The position numbers were made by a program, and so were the translations under genes. A DNA stretch of 64,000 nt from the NCBI GenBank assembly GCA_951406725.2, contig OX597833.1, positions 26,846,001 through 26,910,000 of the forward strand, given 5' to 3'. Of the stretch, positions 39,400-53,604 are shown one piece after another (position 1 is the first letter of the stretch; every line of letters starts with the position of its first letter). This stretch comes from Octopus vulgaris (Eukaryota). Below the pieces are notes generated by a model, which saw only the letters and a list, made by a program, of their open reading frames with translations, did not search any database and was not told the DNA's origin.

Positions 39400-40255
39400 A
39401 TAACATGCAGTTAAAGCTTAAAAGTACCAAAACCCCCGCTAATAGTACCAGAAATTGAATGATAAGCAGACAGGACACACTGGCCCATAAAGGATTGCAG
39501 TCTGATGGGCGAGATGAGCATTGATATGAGTAATGATGCATCTTCCCAGATGCATACTACTGATTTGGCAATAAAATTCAGACGGTTGGGCTGATGGCTC
39601 CTCCGAACATTCAGAACGAGGGAGCAAGAAACCATGATGGTCCTCTGAAGGACATATTTCCTCAGTCGCTTAGACTACTGCTTATGACTATGTTCACCAC
39701 ACAGTATAAGATTGATGGCGGAACTGAAAGCTACACAAAAATAAACGTCGCAATGAAACATGGCAGCTAAAGGGGAAGACTGAAAAAGTTAAGAAACTAC
39801 TCTCTAGCGCGAAGGCGTGAAAGATATGTACTGATATATATCTAGAAAGCCCTGCTTCTACTTCTATCAAACTATGGGCATTGAATGTTACACAAATAGC
39901 AGTACGGCGCCACTGCATAGCGTCAAAGATCCCGACATCGCCATCAATGTACAGGATCAGATACTGCAATAGTTTAGGCTTCAAAGGCCCATAGCACTTC
40001 AATATCTTTCCAAAACGCCTGAGAGATCCGTATGATGTGGATGCAGGTGTCTTCAAATCAAAACTGGATCTCCTGTCAAGGATTCCGGATGAACCTTCTC
40101 CAGAGCAGAAAACATAGGTGAAGGCAGCAGTTTCAAACACTTTCATTCACTAAATGTCATATATCGGACGAGATTTCAAATAGTGAAAGTGTAGCAAAGT
40201 CATCTGTGGTGCCCTAGCACGGCCGCGACTCTCGAATTGGAAGCAGTAACAGTTG
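39400..40255 (+). mobile_element. CR1-clade LINE 3' fragment
   Basis: WLLRTFRTREQETM...LSRLDYC, YSLARRRERY, YCNSLGFKGP..FNIFPKRLR...FKSKLD...IPDEP; many disablements. Confidence 0.85.
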
Positions 40256-40260
40256 AAGAG

Positions 40261-40364
<104 letters not shown>

Positions 40365-40504
40365 ATAATTATATCTATATATATATATAATTACTTTATT
40401 TTAAGCAGCAGAAAATTCAACAAAATCTGTTACTCTGAGTTTCTCGTTGCGGTTCATCAGACAGTTTTTGCTAGAATATATATATATATAGAATATATAT
40501 ATAG

Positions 40505-40668
40505 CCACAGGCACAGATGTGTTGTAAGAAGCTTGCTATCCAAGCACATGGTTCGAGGTTCTGTCCCAATGTGTAGCATCTTGTGTAATTGTCCCCTAGT
40601 ATAACCTCGAGGCAACCAACCCATTGTGAGTGGATATGGTAAAAGGAAACTGAAAGAACCCCGTCGTA

Positions 40669-40670
<2 letters not shown>
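40505..40670 (+). mobile_element. SINE family A, 5' half
   Basis: GTAAGAAGCTTGCT..CACATGGTTCGAGGTTC..GAAACTGAAAGAACCCCGTCG. Confidence 0.75.
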
Positions 40671-40720
<50 letters not shown>

Positions 40721-40761
40721 TACATATATATATATATATATATAATATTTATATACCCGCA

Positions 40762-40980
40762 CACGAGGGGTGCAGAAAATTTTGTAGCTTTAAGAGTATC
40801 GCGAAAGGCCTGGATGGAGACCCAACATTCAGAGTTCTTTTACAAGGCATAGATAAACTGAAGGACCGTTGCAGTAAGTGAGTGAATCTGAGAGGGAAAT
40901 ATACTGGATAAAATCGTAATAACTGATTCGCCTGTATTTTCTTTTACACAAAGCTGTGAACTTTTCAGCACCCTCTCGTA
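40762..40980. mobile_element. Mariner-derived MITE copy
   Basis: TIRs ACGAGGGGTGCAGAAAA / TTTTCAGCACCCTCTCGT followed by TA. Confidence 0.85.
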
Positions 40981-41395
40981 TATATGTGTGTGTGCGTGCG
41001 TGTGCGTGTGTGTGTGTGCGTGTGTGTGCGTGTGTGTGTGTGTGCGTGTGTGTGATGTATATATATATGTATATATAAATGAGTAACAAATATGTACAGG
41101 TGTCATTTCATCTTTGTTATCTACATCTTATTCACCTAACTTGGAATCTGCACTTCGAAAATACTATAGAAAGTACCTTTATAAAAATTAGGTGTGTAGA
41201 TGTCTGAATAACCAAGAGTCGATATCTTCACTTAGCTGGGTTGCGTTGTCTGCACACACGGCAGGAATATCAGTTACAAACACCCCTGCGCTGAGTCTTG
41301 ATATTCAATATTGAATTAATATTGTTTGGGTGTGCGGATTATACCGACCTAGCAAGGTGTCCTAATTTAAGTGTCTAATTCACCGGAATTTTAAT

Positions 41396-41450
<55 letters not shown>

Positions 41451-41749
41451 TTGTATGTAAGTATTGTATATGTGTACAAGCATTCTTTCTACATTTTCGA
41501 ATTCGTAAGGACGGTGCTGGTCCTTGTTGGATGTTTATAGTAGCGTGATGTAATTCAGAGGGGAATCCCTACTATCCCACATGTATAAGTTATAGGTCCA
41601 GATCGGCAAACTTTCTCCCAAGTAGATTGTAACTCAGCTATGCTGTCAAAAATTTGAACCAATTTTCTCTTTAATTGATCATATGCTTCCTTTCAGAGAA
41701 TTTACAAGTGAACCCTATTGTACAAACTAACTTTACACTAGTCTTTACA

Positions 41750-41890
41750 ATATATTCATTTGTTTAAAGAAAAAGACGCCAAATGGCTCTAAACTACTTT
41801 ATCTATCACATAGACACGCGCTGAAAGCGAAAGAATGAGCAAAAAAGATTCTTTGAAAAAGTTTATTCATATATCGATCAATTTCAGATT
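41750..41890 (+). pseudogene. Possible hAT transposase remnant
   Basis: HRHALKAKE resembles the hAT CxxHRxALxxK motif; a similar weak hit at 37650-37740 (RVKESNAEIV..ALH). Confidence 0.3.
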
Positions 41891-42076
41891 TAGTGATGTA
41901 ATACACTCAACTATCTTCAGTATGACATGACCCAAAGTACATAATTATAAATATTTATACATACCGGTGTATTACATTTATAAAATTGTATACTTTGTAT
42001 TAATTTTTACTTTAATTGGTTTTTACATGCTGGCTGCTTTGATAAAATCCTATATATATTTTATCCTTAGTTTTAA

Positions 42077-42107
<31 letters not shown>

Positions 42108-42110
<3 letters not shown>

Positions 42111-42290
42111 GAGAATTTACAAAAAAAAATCAAAAGGCGAAGACGGCTGTGTAAACAACAAACAGATGTATCAGTTTAACGCTCACGAAGTGAGAAAGTC
42201 TTTTATGTTTTGAGCCTACGCTCTTCGACAGAAAGGAACACAAAAATAAACAGGAAGAGAAAATTAAAAAAAAGATTTAGTGGCTAGCTA
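42108..42290 (-). mobile_element. Solo Neptune-type terminal repeat with CUGUCGA hammerhead variant (42199-42236)
   Basis: Reverse complement is colinear with 35550-35750; TA tracts on both sides. Confidence 0.8.
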
Positions 42291-44451
42291 TCTATATATA
42301 CTGCTAAATCTAATTGGTAGTGTATATTTGAAAATGCATGAATAATCTAATGAAGCACAACGTTTGGTTCTGATTTCCACCTTGTTGAATAAGAGCCAAT
42401 TATGTTGAAAGCCTACATCTTTTTGTTAAGAATGCGAATTGTTATAGACTTCGATATCTGAAAGTTATTGTTTCTATGTATCTATGATATTTTCAATTTA
42501 ACATGTCACTTTTATGAAACTTCAAATGTGGTGATTGAAAATATTAAGAAATCATAGTAGGACAATAGAAAAATTACTGAAATATATTAATTTTATTGCA
42601 GAATCCGTAATTAATTAATTAAAGACTTCACAATTTTGGTTATGTGTCCATTGCTTTCATACTTATATTTTGTCCATTCACATAGAAAATCTATTCATTT
42701 ATTCCGCCTATTAATAATTCATGCCGTTTAGTTATTCCTTGCAGCTACCATACTCTTTCTTTTTATTTATGACTTCCGTCTGCTTGTTCATTCTTATACA
42801 AACAATTTTGCTAGGTTTCATTCGAAAGAATGTAAACGTCAGCCATTACATAGAAAATCTGTGAAAATTTTTATAAATTTTAAATTTTATAAATCATTGC
42901 AAAGTAATAAAATTCAAAATTCACGAGTAAAAAATAATAGCAAAATAAGAAATGGATTTGAATAGATGTAACGAAATACTGACTTTCGTATTAAATAAAT
43001 AAAAGTATATATACTACTGTCACATCAGACTCAGTGAATCAACAATAAAACCTTAAAATATTACCTCCCATTTCATGAATGCTCAGAAATATTTCTCTTC
43101 AATTACATCCAATCTATCCAACTATCTTAACATATGAAGTACATAATAGATATGATACGGTGGTGAATTGGCATAACAATTAGGGTGGTGGATAGAATAC
43201 TTCGTTTCTACGTTCTGAGTTCAAATCCCGCCAAAGTCAATTTTTCCTCTTTCCTCTTTCCTGGGATAATAATCAAATCACCAGGTCCAGTACTTTGTTC
43301 TCTCTCTCTCTCTCTCTTATCAGGACTTAAGGCTCAGAACAATACACTCAATAACACACTGTCGGTGATGAAGACAAGGTGGCCTCTCTTTTTTCCTGAT
43401 GTGTCTAACATCAAAAACCGACCCTATTTGGAAAAGAAAAGCAAAACAACAGAGAAATTTCATTACTGTCACATTGCAGTCCGAGTGATAATTCATTTCG
43501 TGTCAGAATGTCATACGAGAAATAGAATTTAATCTGTCGCTTAACATCACCTCCTGGCTGTGGATTATTTTCTGCGGAATGGTCTCTGCTCTAAGCATTT
43601 AAACACAATACTGTCTAAAATATAACCCACCCACCAGACCCGTCTCGTGGACCTAGTTAAAAGGGTTAGAGACACTGCTGTTCCTACATGAGGGAAACTC
43701 TTTAAAACAGAACCTCTTCGGTACTTTGACTAAGCCATGTAAATATCATTCTTCTCTAAATGGTAAAATTTTCTATTAAAAACAATGGCTCAAGGATTAC
43801 CAATTTAACAAGAATAATGTACGCATGAAGAATATCCACTGTCTTTCCAGAAGCTAAATTTGTGGTCAAGCATAGCTAAAAATGCTGGGCCTGAACAAAA
43901 TAACAAATAACAAGTATTACATTTCTTCATAATGGCATGTGGTCTTCAATTGATGCCATAAGGTTAAGTCAGATGACTTGTTATAGCTGTTAATTGGTTC
44001 CTATTTGTCATTCTATTTCAAATCGTTTTAATTTTATTTATTATCCAAGAAACTCATAATGAAATGCAAAAGCGATAGTTAAAGAGTTACAAGATTCAAC
44101 AATTTGATTTTTCCCCTTTATCAGTGGATTGGCAGAAACGGTGGATTGTCATATAAAATGATGATGGCTTGGCAGAATAAGTAGGGCGTTGGATAAAATA
44201 CATCGAGATATTTCACTGTTTGTTTAGGTTCTGAGTTCAAATCTTACTTAGGTTGATGTGGCTCCCCTTCTACAGTTATATCGATAAAGTACGAATCAAT
44301 TACTGTATTTCATATATAGTGTTCAATATATACTGTATTCGACTTTACTCTTGAGCGTGATGCTCCAGTTTGGTCATAACATAATAACTAAAACTATTAA
44401 ATGGATAAGTTTATGGTATATAATTAAACGGTATATAATTATATTAGAAAA

Positions 44452-44816
44452 TAGTTGTGTGAAAAGAAGTTTGCTTGGCAACCACATTGTTCCGGGTTCA
44501 CTCCTACAACGCAGTACTTTGGACAAGTGTCTTCTTCTAAAGCCTGGGGACGACCAAAGCTTTGTGAATGGATTTTGTAGGCGGAAACTAAAAGAAGCCC
44601 ATCCTGTTCTTTTATACTTTTATTTGTTTCAGTCCTTTGTCTGCGGCTATGCTGGAGCAGCGCCTTTAGTCAAGTATATCGACCCCCAGGACTTATGCTT
44701 TATAAGCCTAGTACTTATTCTATCGGTTTGTTTTGCCGAATCGCTAGGTTACGGGAACGTAAACACACCAACATCGGTTGTCAAGCGATGGTGGGAGGAC
44801 AAATACAGACACACAA

Positions 44817-44891
<75 letters not shown>

Positions 44892-45332
44892 TGTTTGTGT
44901 GTACATACATCCATACATACATACATACACACATATATATCCACATATATACGACGTGTTTCTTTCAGTTTCCGTCTACCAAATCCACTCACAAGGCTTT
45001 GGTCAGCCCAAGGCTATAGTAGAAGAGACCTGCCCAAAATGCCACGCAGTGGGACTGAACTCGGAATCCATGTGGTTAGGAAATGTGTGTCTGTTTGTGT
45101 GTGTGTGTGTGTGTGTGTCTGTATTTTTGCGTCTGTGTTTGTCCTCCACTAATGCTGGGCAACTGTTATCGGTGTGCTTACGTCATCGTAACTTAGCATT
45201 TCGGCAAAAGAGCCGATGAAACAAGTACCAGACATAAAAAGAAAATAAGTGCTGGATTTGAATAGTTCGACAAATATCCTCAAGGCGGTGCCCCAGCATG
45301 GCTGCAGCCTAACAACTGAAGCAAAATAAAAA
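44452..45332. mobile_element. SINE-A (+) interrupted at its internal microsatellite by a SINE-A (-) copy (44606-45082)
   Basis: Plus-strand head 44452-44603, nearly complete minus-strand copy, plus-strand tail 45140-45332. Confidence 0.85.
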
Positions 45333-45484
45333 AATATCACGAGAATGGTGTTCATTCATCCGCAAGCAAAGGACTTGCTTAATGCTATAACCATTTATAT
45401 TCCCCGAGAGAATTCTCCCCACCGTTGCAAAATCTCCAGACCGATGTGCCAATTCTGGTGACCTACGAACTTGTCACCCTATAT

Positions 45485-45669
45485 CAGTGCTTTAAAACCA
45501 GTACGCCGCCGCACACAGGTGTGCCACAAGATGATGCCAGCGGTGCCGCAGTATAAACTGAATATAATTTTTTTCCTTATACTTTTAGTTATATTTTTAG
45601 TTCAGGGGTGCCGCCGAATTTTGAGAAGAATATACGTGTACTGCAAGTAGAAAAAGGTTGGGAACACTA
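45485..45669. mobile_element. hAT-type MITE
   Basis: CAGTGCTTTAAAACC ... AAAAAGGTTGGGAACACTA termini and internal GTGCCGC subterminal repeats. Confidence 0.7.
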
Positions 45670-46150
45670 CCCTTTATTACCAATTTAACAAGAATAATGT
45701 ACGGCACTTATCGTTGGCATTTAAATTGAAGACCAAGTGGATGCTAAAGAGAAAAAATTGGCACTAAATGCAAATATTGAAGAGAACATTTAAATCACGC
45801 AGGCATTTGACGGGGAAAGAGTAAAAAGAAACGTTTTCATTAATCACAAATTTTTATTATAAATTTGTGTTATAGTTCACTATGAAACATGACACTGTAA
45901 GACAGTTGTGTTTTTAATGGACTGCTTAGTACCTAATTTCAGTGTTTTATTTCTGTTTGTGTACTTCATTTCAAAGCAATTAGTACTAAGGATTAGATTT
46001 TTAACGGCGAAACATTCTTGGTTAATTTCAATTGCGAACATCATTAATGCATAAACATATGTGCGTGCGTGTGTGAGAGAGAGAGAGGGAGAGACAGAGA
46101 CAGAGAGAGAGAACAGGAGTATGCGTGTGTGTACTTATATATGTACATAG

Positions 46151-46189
<39 letters not shown>

Positions 46190-46227
46190 GTTGTAATTAT
46201 ATATATATGTATATATGTATATATATA

Positions 46228-46320
<93 letters not shown>

Positions 46321-46326
46321 AACAAA

Positions 46327-46379
<53 letters not shown>

Positions 46380-46495
46380 TATCTTTTGTTATCTTTTGTT
46401 ATCTTACCGTTTTATCAATATATATATATATACATATATACACACAGTTATACTTATATACATATGTATATATGGATATATATATTGTATATATG

Positions 46496-46545
<50 letters not shown>

Positions 46546-47369
46546 TGCATAGATATATACATATATGCAACATTCATTCGTTCCTCCTCTACTGCCTCTT
46601 TTCAGATTCTCTGTTTTACTTCTCTGCCCATTCCTCATTCTCTTTAATTTCTCTTTCATGCTCTGTCTCTTTCTCAACTTATTTGTACGTATTTCTCTTT
46701 TTTTATTCTCTTTTTCTCTCTTTTAAGATTCCGTTTTCCTCACTGATTTCTAATTGTCATAAATAAACGCTTAGATATCTCTATATATTTCTCTCTGTTT
46801 CTGTCCCTCCATCTTTCTTTCTGTTTCTCTATCCTTCCCTTGTGACAAATTAGAACTCTACATGAAAATTGGCCAACGTCTCAAGTACAAGAAGAAAACA
46901 GTAACAACAGAGTGAGAGGAAGAAAAGAGCTATAACAAAGAAGAAAGATATGGCAGGAGAGAAACTGTTTTCTCTTAGCTTGAGGCTAATTATTTCTTTT
47001 TTTTCTATCTCACCTTTCTCTCTTTTATGGCTTTGCTTTAAACGTTTCTCTCCTTCCTTCTCAAATTATTTTCCTCATAAAAAATTGCCGGTGTCTTATG
47101 AGGTTTAATATCAAAAATTATTTTATCTATAAAAATGATAGTCACAAAAGCACTACGTTTGTCCATATTTCCTTGTGATCTGTCATTCAAATTATTTAAA
47201 TCCTATATTTCTTAAAACCTGTAAATTAGAATTTCTCTTCGAGCTTTTAACCTATCGGTCAGTACCCATAGCAATAAATTCTTCCTACCACACGAACGTT
47301 CGTCTTTTTTACTTCATGAAAGCTTTTTTAATATGCTTACAATTTACTTTTCCATAATTTGTTTCAAAA

Positions 47370-47555
47370 ATGCTACGGAAAAGATGTTCCTCACCTACGT
47401 CTTCTGCTGCCAAACGCATGTATGCTCTGAGGGCAACAAATACATTTGAAAAGCGTGAAAGGAATCGAGCTAATGCTGCCAGAAATGCAACACCCACAGA
47501 ACTTGAAACTCAAAGTGAACATGTCACATGCCGTAAGCAAAATGCAACTAGATAA
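47370..47555 (+). pseudogene. Possible Helitron ORF N-terminal fragment
   Basis: KRERNRANAARN..ETQSEHVTCRKQNATR resembles the charged ET..E..R..N repeats at Helitron Rep N-termini; weak. Confidence 0.35.
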
Positions 47556-48451
47556 GCTGTCCATAGATAACAGGAGGCGCCTGATCTACAACAGGCTTAC
47601 TGCCAGTAGAATATTGTCAAAGAGGCTGCGAGTGGACACCAGGAAACCTAGCAACGGTACCAGGTCAAGCAGAAATTTCAAAGTGCAAGTCAAGCCAAGG
47701 TTAGATCCCGGTCACGCAGAACTGAGAGCGACTGGTCCTTGCAGATCAACTTGAAAGTAATAAGGTTGGTGTCATCATGAGTGAAAAACCACAGTGGAAA
47801 AGCGATGTCATTATGAAGAACAAAAAACAAGAACTGGAGAAACTATACATGAGACATAGGTGATGAGAAGATGCACTTCAATACAATTAGTTACATTGTA
47901 AAATAATATCAAAATATCTATCAAAAGGTATTTCGTATCCAGTAGTTGTTAAATAATTTATATTTTTCTTGACTTCATACATGGAGTCATCTCACTTCCA
48001 AATTCTAATATTTTAGCAGATTTAAAGTAAACTTTCATTTTACAAAGCCTCACAAGAGTTATATGAAGAGCTGTTGGCGAATTAAAACGCATTAATTTCG
48101 ATGTATGAGAAACCAAACATCGGTTGTTATTGATAAAACTGTTATAATAACAACGACGAGAAACAGTATTTACAGTTTTCCAGTCATTTCAGAGCTGCTA
48201 TCAGCAGCAAAGCTCATGTGTAACCATGTAACTCATTCAATATATACTGTGTGTATGTGTGTGTGTGTGTGGATTGGTGGGTGGTTGTTTGTGTGTTTGT
48301 GTAACTATAAATACATACATGCATATACAAACACACACACACCTACATGCATACATATACAGATATACAAGCATTTACATACATACATCTTGTTTTATTG
48401 TTTCATCAGTTTCAGCTCAAAGTGGCAGCTATGCTGGGGCATCGTCGTTAT

Positions 48452-48497
<46 letters not shown>

Positions 48498-48774
48498 TAT
48501 ACATATATATGTACATATATATATATACTTATATACATATATATATATATATATATTATTGTATAGGGTCATATAAATATGTGTGTTATATGAGTGTGTA
48601 GTCGGTTAGCTTAGTGTTTCACCGTAAATAGATTCACGGTACCTCTCAGTTCTGCTAATTAATAACTCTAAGCTGCAGAGAATTAGCATTTTATTGAATG
48701 TTATCGCTAATTAGTTTGTATAGCAAAACACTGCTGAATAAAAACTACAAAATATTTAGTTGATTAAACAATGG

Positions 48775-48805
<31 letters not shown>

Positions 48806-48861
48806 GTATGCATGCATGTTTGTATATATATGTAAGTATATGTATGTACGTGTATATATAT

Positions 48862-48905
<44 letters not shown>

Positions 48906-49026
48906 GTGTGTGTATGTATGTATGTATGTATGTATACACAGAAATGTATATTGCAGCTATCATTATCCAGAAGCAGCTGAGATGTACTGACATGTCCGGA
49001 TGAAAAACAATTGTCTACCGAAGCAT

Positions 49027-49082
<56 letters not shown>

Positions 49083-49409
49083 AGACGTTATCTACACAGA
49101 CGTTATCGTCTCTATCATATCTCCTCACTTTATCACTCTTCTCTTCCTACCGGAGTGATAAGTATAAAAGGTCAATCTGGCTTAGATCCTGATGTTGAAA
49201 ATTATTTATTGACCCTCATAAGCACTTTTCACTTTTTTCTTTGTCTCTGCGTTCTATTTTCTCTCTTTTCTTTTCTCAATACCTCATTGTCTTGGATCAT
49301 GTATTTGTCATTCTTTCTCTCTTCCTAGGACATATATTTTACTTATGGTTCACTTTTTAAACCTTTTTTACGTCTTTTCTACCTCTGTCAAATGAGCTTC
49401 TTCATATAA

Positions 49410-49845
49410 GCGCAGCATGGCCGTGTGGTAAGAAGCGTGCCTCCCTATCACATGATTCTGCGTGGCACCTTCGGCAAGTGTCTTCTACTATAGCCTCGCA
49501 ACAATTAAAGCCTTGAGAGTTGACAGACACTGAAAGAAGCTCGTCGTATATATATAAATATATATATATATATGTGTGTGTGTGTATGTGTGTGTGTGTG
49601 TGTGTGTGTGTTTATAAATCTATGTGTGTGCGCCTTTATGTTTATCTTTGTCCTCCTTCGCCAACTGGTTTTGGTGTGTTTACGTCACTGCAAACTAGTG
49701 GTTCGACAAAAAGAGCCCGATAAAATAAGTATCAGGCTTTAAAAAGTTCTGATGTCGATTGGGTTGACTAAAACCCTTCAAGGCGGTGCCCCTGCATGAC
49801 CGTAGTCAAATGACTGAAACAAGCAAACGATAAAAGATGAAAGAT
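49410..49845 (+). mobile_element. SINE family A, near full length
   Basis: TGGCCGTGTGGTAAG head, TTCGGCAAGTGTCTT, internal (TA)n(TG)n, tail GACTGAAACAAG. Confidence 0.88.
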
Positions 49846-49971
49846 ACACCTACCATTATGTACATTTTAAAATTATCTTCTTCTAATTCTGGGTGGGGCT
49901 TCTCCTCCGCAAACTCCTGAAATCCTTTACTACATACGTTTATGCTTTTTCAATGGGAATGTATTTTTCTT

Positions 49972-50020
<49 letters not shown>

Positions 50021-50031
50021 ATATATACATA

Positions 50032-50078
<47 letters not shown>

Positions 50079-50214
50079 ATCCTTTCCCAAATAAAACTAC
50101 ACTTCATGTTTGAAGCTCCAATGAAACATTTAGCTATAAGTGCACTACATCTTATACCAGAAACAGATTTAGAGTAATGAAGTTCATAACATTACTGTTT
50201 GTACCATTGTCATT

Positions 50215-50423
50215 GTGACCGCGTGTGTACCGTTGGCGATTTTTTCCCTCCGTCTTCCCTTCTTTGGATCTTCCCTTTTCCTATGTTTCTGACGAAGAGC
50301 TCCGCTCGAAACGTTAAACCCTCCTTCTTTCCTTCTTTCCTGAGCGTCCAATAATACTATACTTGTTCCACGTCCTCACATTGTTGTGTTTTCTCTTTGT
50401 GTTTTCATGTTTGGACTAACCTC
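50215..50423 (+). mobile_element. Solo Penelope-like terminal repeat / retrozyme-like unit
   Basis: About 210 bp, non-coding, carries a hammerhead; homologous to 404-530 and 62090-62243; ends at (TA)n. Confidence 0.8.
50285..50319 (+). ncRNA. Minimal type I hammerhead ribozyme
   Basis: GTTT-CTGACGA-A-GAGC-TCC-GCTC-GAAAC-GTT-AAAC; palindromic AACGTT in place of stem-loop III. Confidence 0.8.
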
Positions 50424-50441
50424 ATATATATATACACATAT

Positions 50442-50486
<45 letters not shown>

Positions 50487-50916
50487 TATGTATGTATGTA
50501 TGTATGTATAAAGATTTCCTTTGTGTTTCAACCTTTATAAAGCCCGTCCACCACTATCGGCTATCATGTAATCACTCAAAGAAAAATAGTTCCTTCTCGT
50601 ATGATATATCTGAAAAGCCGTAAGCATACAAATATTTTATTTTAGGGAAAATGAAGTAAGAAACTTGTCTTACTGGAAAATTCAAAAAATATTTCATCGA
50701 CATTTTACCAGAGTTTTTTGCTTGAATATTATTATATAAGAAATCTTTTATTTAATAAATACTATTTCAGCGATAATAGCAGATATTGAATATTCAGGTC
50801 TATATATAAATCGAATAGCAGTATGTATATACATATATATATATACGTACATACATATGCATACATATATATACATACGTACATACATATACATACATAT
50901 ATATATGTATACATAC

Positions 50917-50988
<72 letters not shown>

Positions 50989-51479
50989 ATATGTGTGTAT
51001 GTGTGTGTTTTATTGTTCTATTCAGGTAATATCAACAATAAAAGTACTCCATCCAGTGAGGTAAATATAATTTAATGTATGAAAAGTAAGGCTACTAATA
51101 TTTTCTTAGTTTTAAAATACGAGGTTAAAATAATATGCCTTATCTCTCCAAGCAAACTTTAGTCTGTGGAGAACAGCTTTTGCTAAACTTTAAGATCAGG
51201 ATGCTGTTACATGAGAAACCGAGAGAAAATAAACACAGAAAAACAGATACAAAATGATACAAATTAAGTGATACAAAAGCGAAATGAAGTGGAGGACAGC
51301 ACTCGGGTTGTGCAGAATTCTCGCAGACTTTAAACTCCTCTCCGTTGAATTTTCCACCACTAGAATAAATACCACTTCTTTTTCCTTTCCTTTATTTTTC
51401 GTTCTTATTCACTTTTTCTCTTACCATTCAAGTCCTTGCAGCAAGCTTTTCGTATATAAATATCTATATAACTGTTCAT

Positions 51480-52020
51480 CTTGTACTTGTTTCTGTCATT
51501 CGACTGCCCCTACCACTTGCTGGTTTTAGACGAACAAATGTGCCCCACTACTTATTTATTAAAGCCTTCAACTTATTTTATCGGCCCTTCTTGCGGTACA
51601 TCTACGTTATGGATACTCAAACGAACCAATACCAGTCGTGAAACGGCACTGGGGGACAAACACAAAGGTATATTTTACACACACATACCTACCTACCTAC
51701 CTACATACATACATACACACATGCATAGATATATACATACATGCACACATACATAGATACATACATACATACATACATACATACATACATACATACATAC
51801 ATACATACATACATACATACAAACATAAATACATACATACATACATACATACATACATACATACATACATACATACATACATACATACATGCATGCATAC
51901 AGTTTCCATCAACCAAGTCCACTTACAAGGTCTCGGTTCGCTCGTGGTCATAGTAGAAGCCAATTGCTCAAGATATGGCTGAGTGAGAAGAAAACATTTT
52001 ACCACATATCCACGCCTACA
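51480..52020 (-). mobile_element. SINE family A with expanded internal (CATA)n
   Basis: Tail (CTTGTTTCTGTCATTCGACTGC) and head (TTACCACATATCCACGCCT) in reverse orientation around a tetranucleotide tract. Confidence 0.75.
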
Positions 52021-52080
52021 CTTACATATATGTATCTTTGATAAACAGAAGTATCTATAGATAAACTGATGCCTAGATAT

Positions 52081-52900
52081 GTTTCTTTATTGGCCACACA
52101 GGGCTGAACTCAGAGGGGACAAAGTGTAAAGTAGAGCTTTTCTTTTTGGGAGGGGAAAAAAGGTGGGTAGCATTTCGATCAAAAGGGATCATGGAGAAAG
52201 AAAGGGCCGATCAATAGGGATCGTGTATCACAGAAATGTTATAATGAAAAAAGTAAACAGATTAGGTTTATCCGTGGAAAGAAAAGCCTACGGAAATGAC
52301 CACAGTAACCTTGGGCAATAATGTCATTCAAAAAAACACATTACAGTAAGTGACTTTCTTTTTTTCCTTTCTTATTTAGGTTCAAAGGATTATGCTCAAG
52401 CTGGCTCCGTCATTCACATGTGCCCTCCTTGCTACATTTACCCATTCACTAGACAAAACTTCTCACTCTACTCTCACCTCCCTCCTCGAGTGATACTTGA
52501 AGAAGCTGATGAGAGATTGACCAGAGAGAAAAGTGTTTGTCTCTAGACCTTTCAGACGCGTCCACCATATACATTCTTTCGTCATAGTCACAAGTACGAT
52601 GAAAATAGCTCTTCCCGTTTCAAGGAAGGAGGCGCTACAATATTCACCATAGACTCGGTTGATAAACCGACTCGTCACACATGCGATAGCAATCGTTCGA
52701 CATTGGCCCACAGGTCGGAAATGGTTGGACACTGTACGAATGCGTGCAGAACGGTTTCATCATTCTGACCGCATCTCGGGCAGGTCAGCCCGGTGGCTTA
52801 CCGAGCCATGCCTGTAGAGCATATCCCGAACGGGTAGCGCTTCTCGATAGCACTGCCAGATCAGGGATCTCTGGAAGTTGTCCATAGGTCCCGGCCCGAA
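52081..52900 (-). mobile_element. Tx1/L1-clade LINE 3' fragment (zf-RVT domain + 3' UTR)
   Basis: FGPGPMDNFQRSLIWQCYREALPVRD, TCPRCGQNDETVLHAFVQCP, IWWTR; minus-strand GCCAATAAA at the end. Confidence 0.88.
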
Positions 52901-53338
52901 TAAATAAATAGATAGATGTTTAAACGACGACATTGTGGTGCCCTATTTTTACTAATACGCTTGCGGTGCATACTGATTTGTTGCTTTAGCTCTTTAAATG
53001 TGTCATTAATTTATAAAGAATTCATTGTTTATAGGTGATAATTATCTCAACACTAAGATTAACTAATTTATATAATTGATAGGCTTAGTAGATTTTTATT
53101 TGCTTCACTGATTTAATATGTCCAAATGAATCTACTTTTATTCCACAGCATGTATTAGTTGCATTGAACAATACAATAAATATGTAAATTTTCAGCAATC
53201 AAAAATTCGCAATTTTGATTTACTGTTGACGTTCAAGAACGGTTTCTACAAAACAGCAGAATCTGTTACATTAAATGTATGTATAATATATAAAGAAAAT
53301 CATTTATAGGCATAAGCTTTCATAGAAATACATATTCA

Positions 53339-53386
<48 letters not shown>

Positions 53387-53544
53387 AATTAAGGACTGAA
53401 CACGAAAAGTGGACAGTCAACATGCATTATGTTCTCAGATCAAACTCAACACAAAACCATAGCAATAAACAAGTCAAATAAAATAATTACCCATGTACAT
53501 ATTTCATGTTATTTTCCGCAAGGAAAACTATCATCATATAAATG

Positions 53545-53594
<50 letters not shown>

Positions 53595-53604
53595 CACACC
53601 CACG

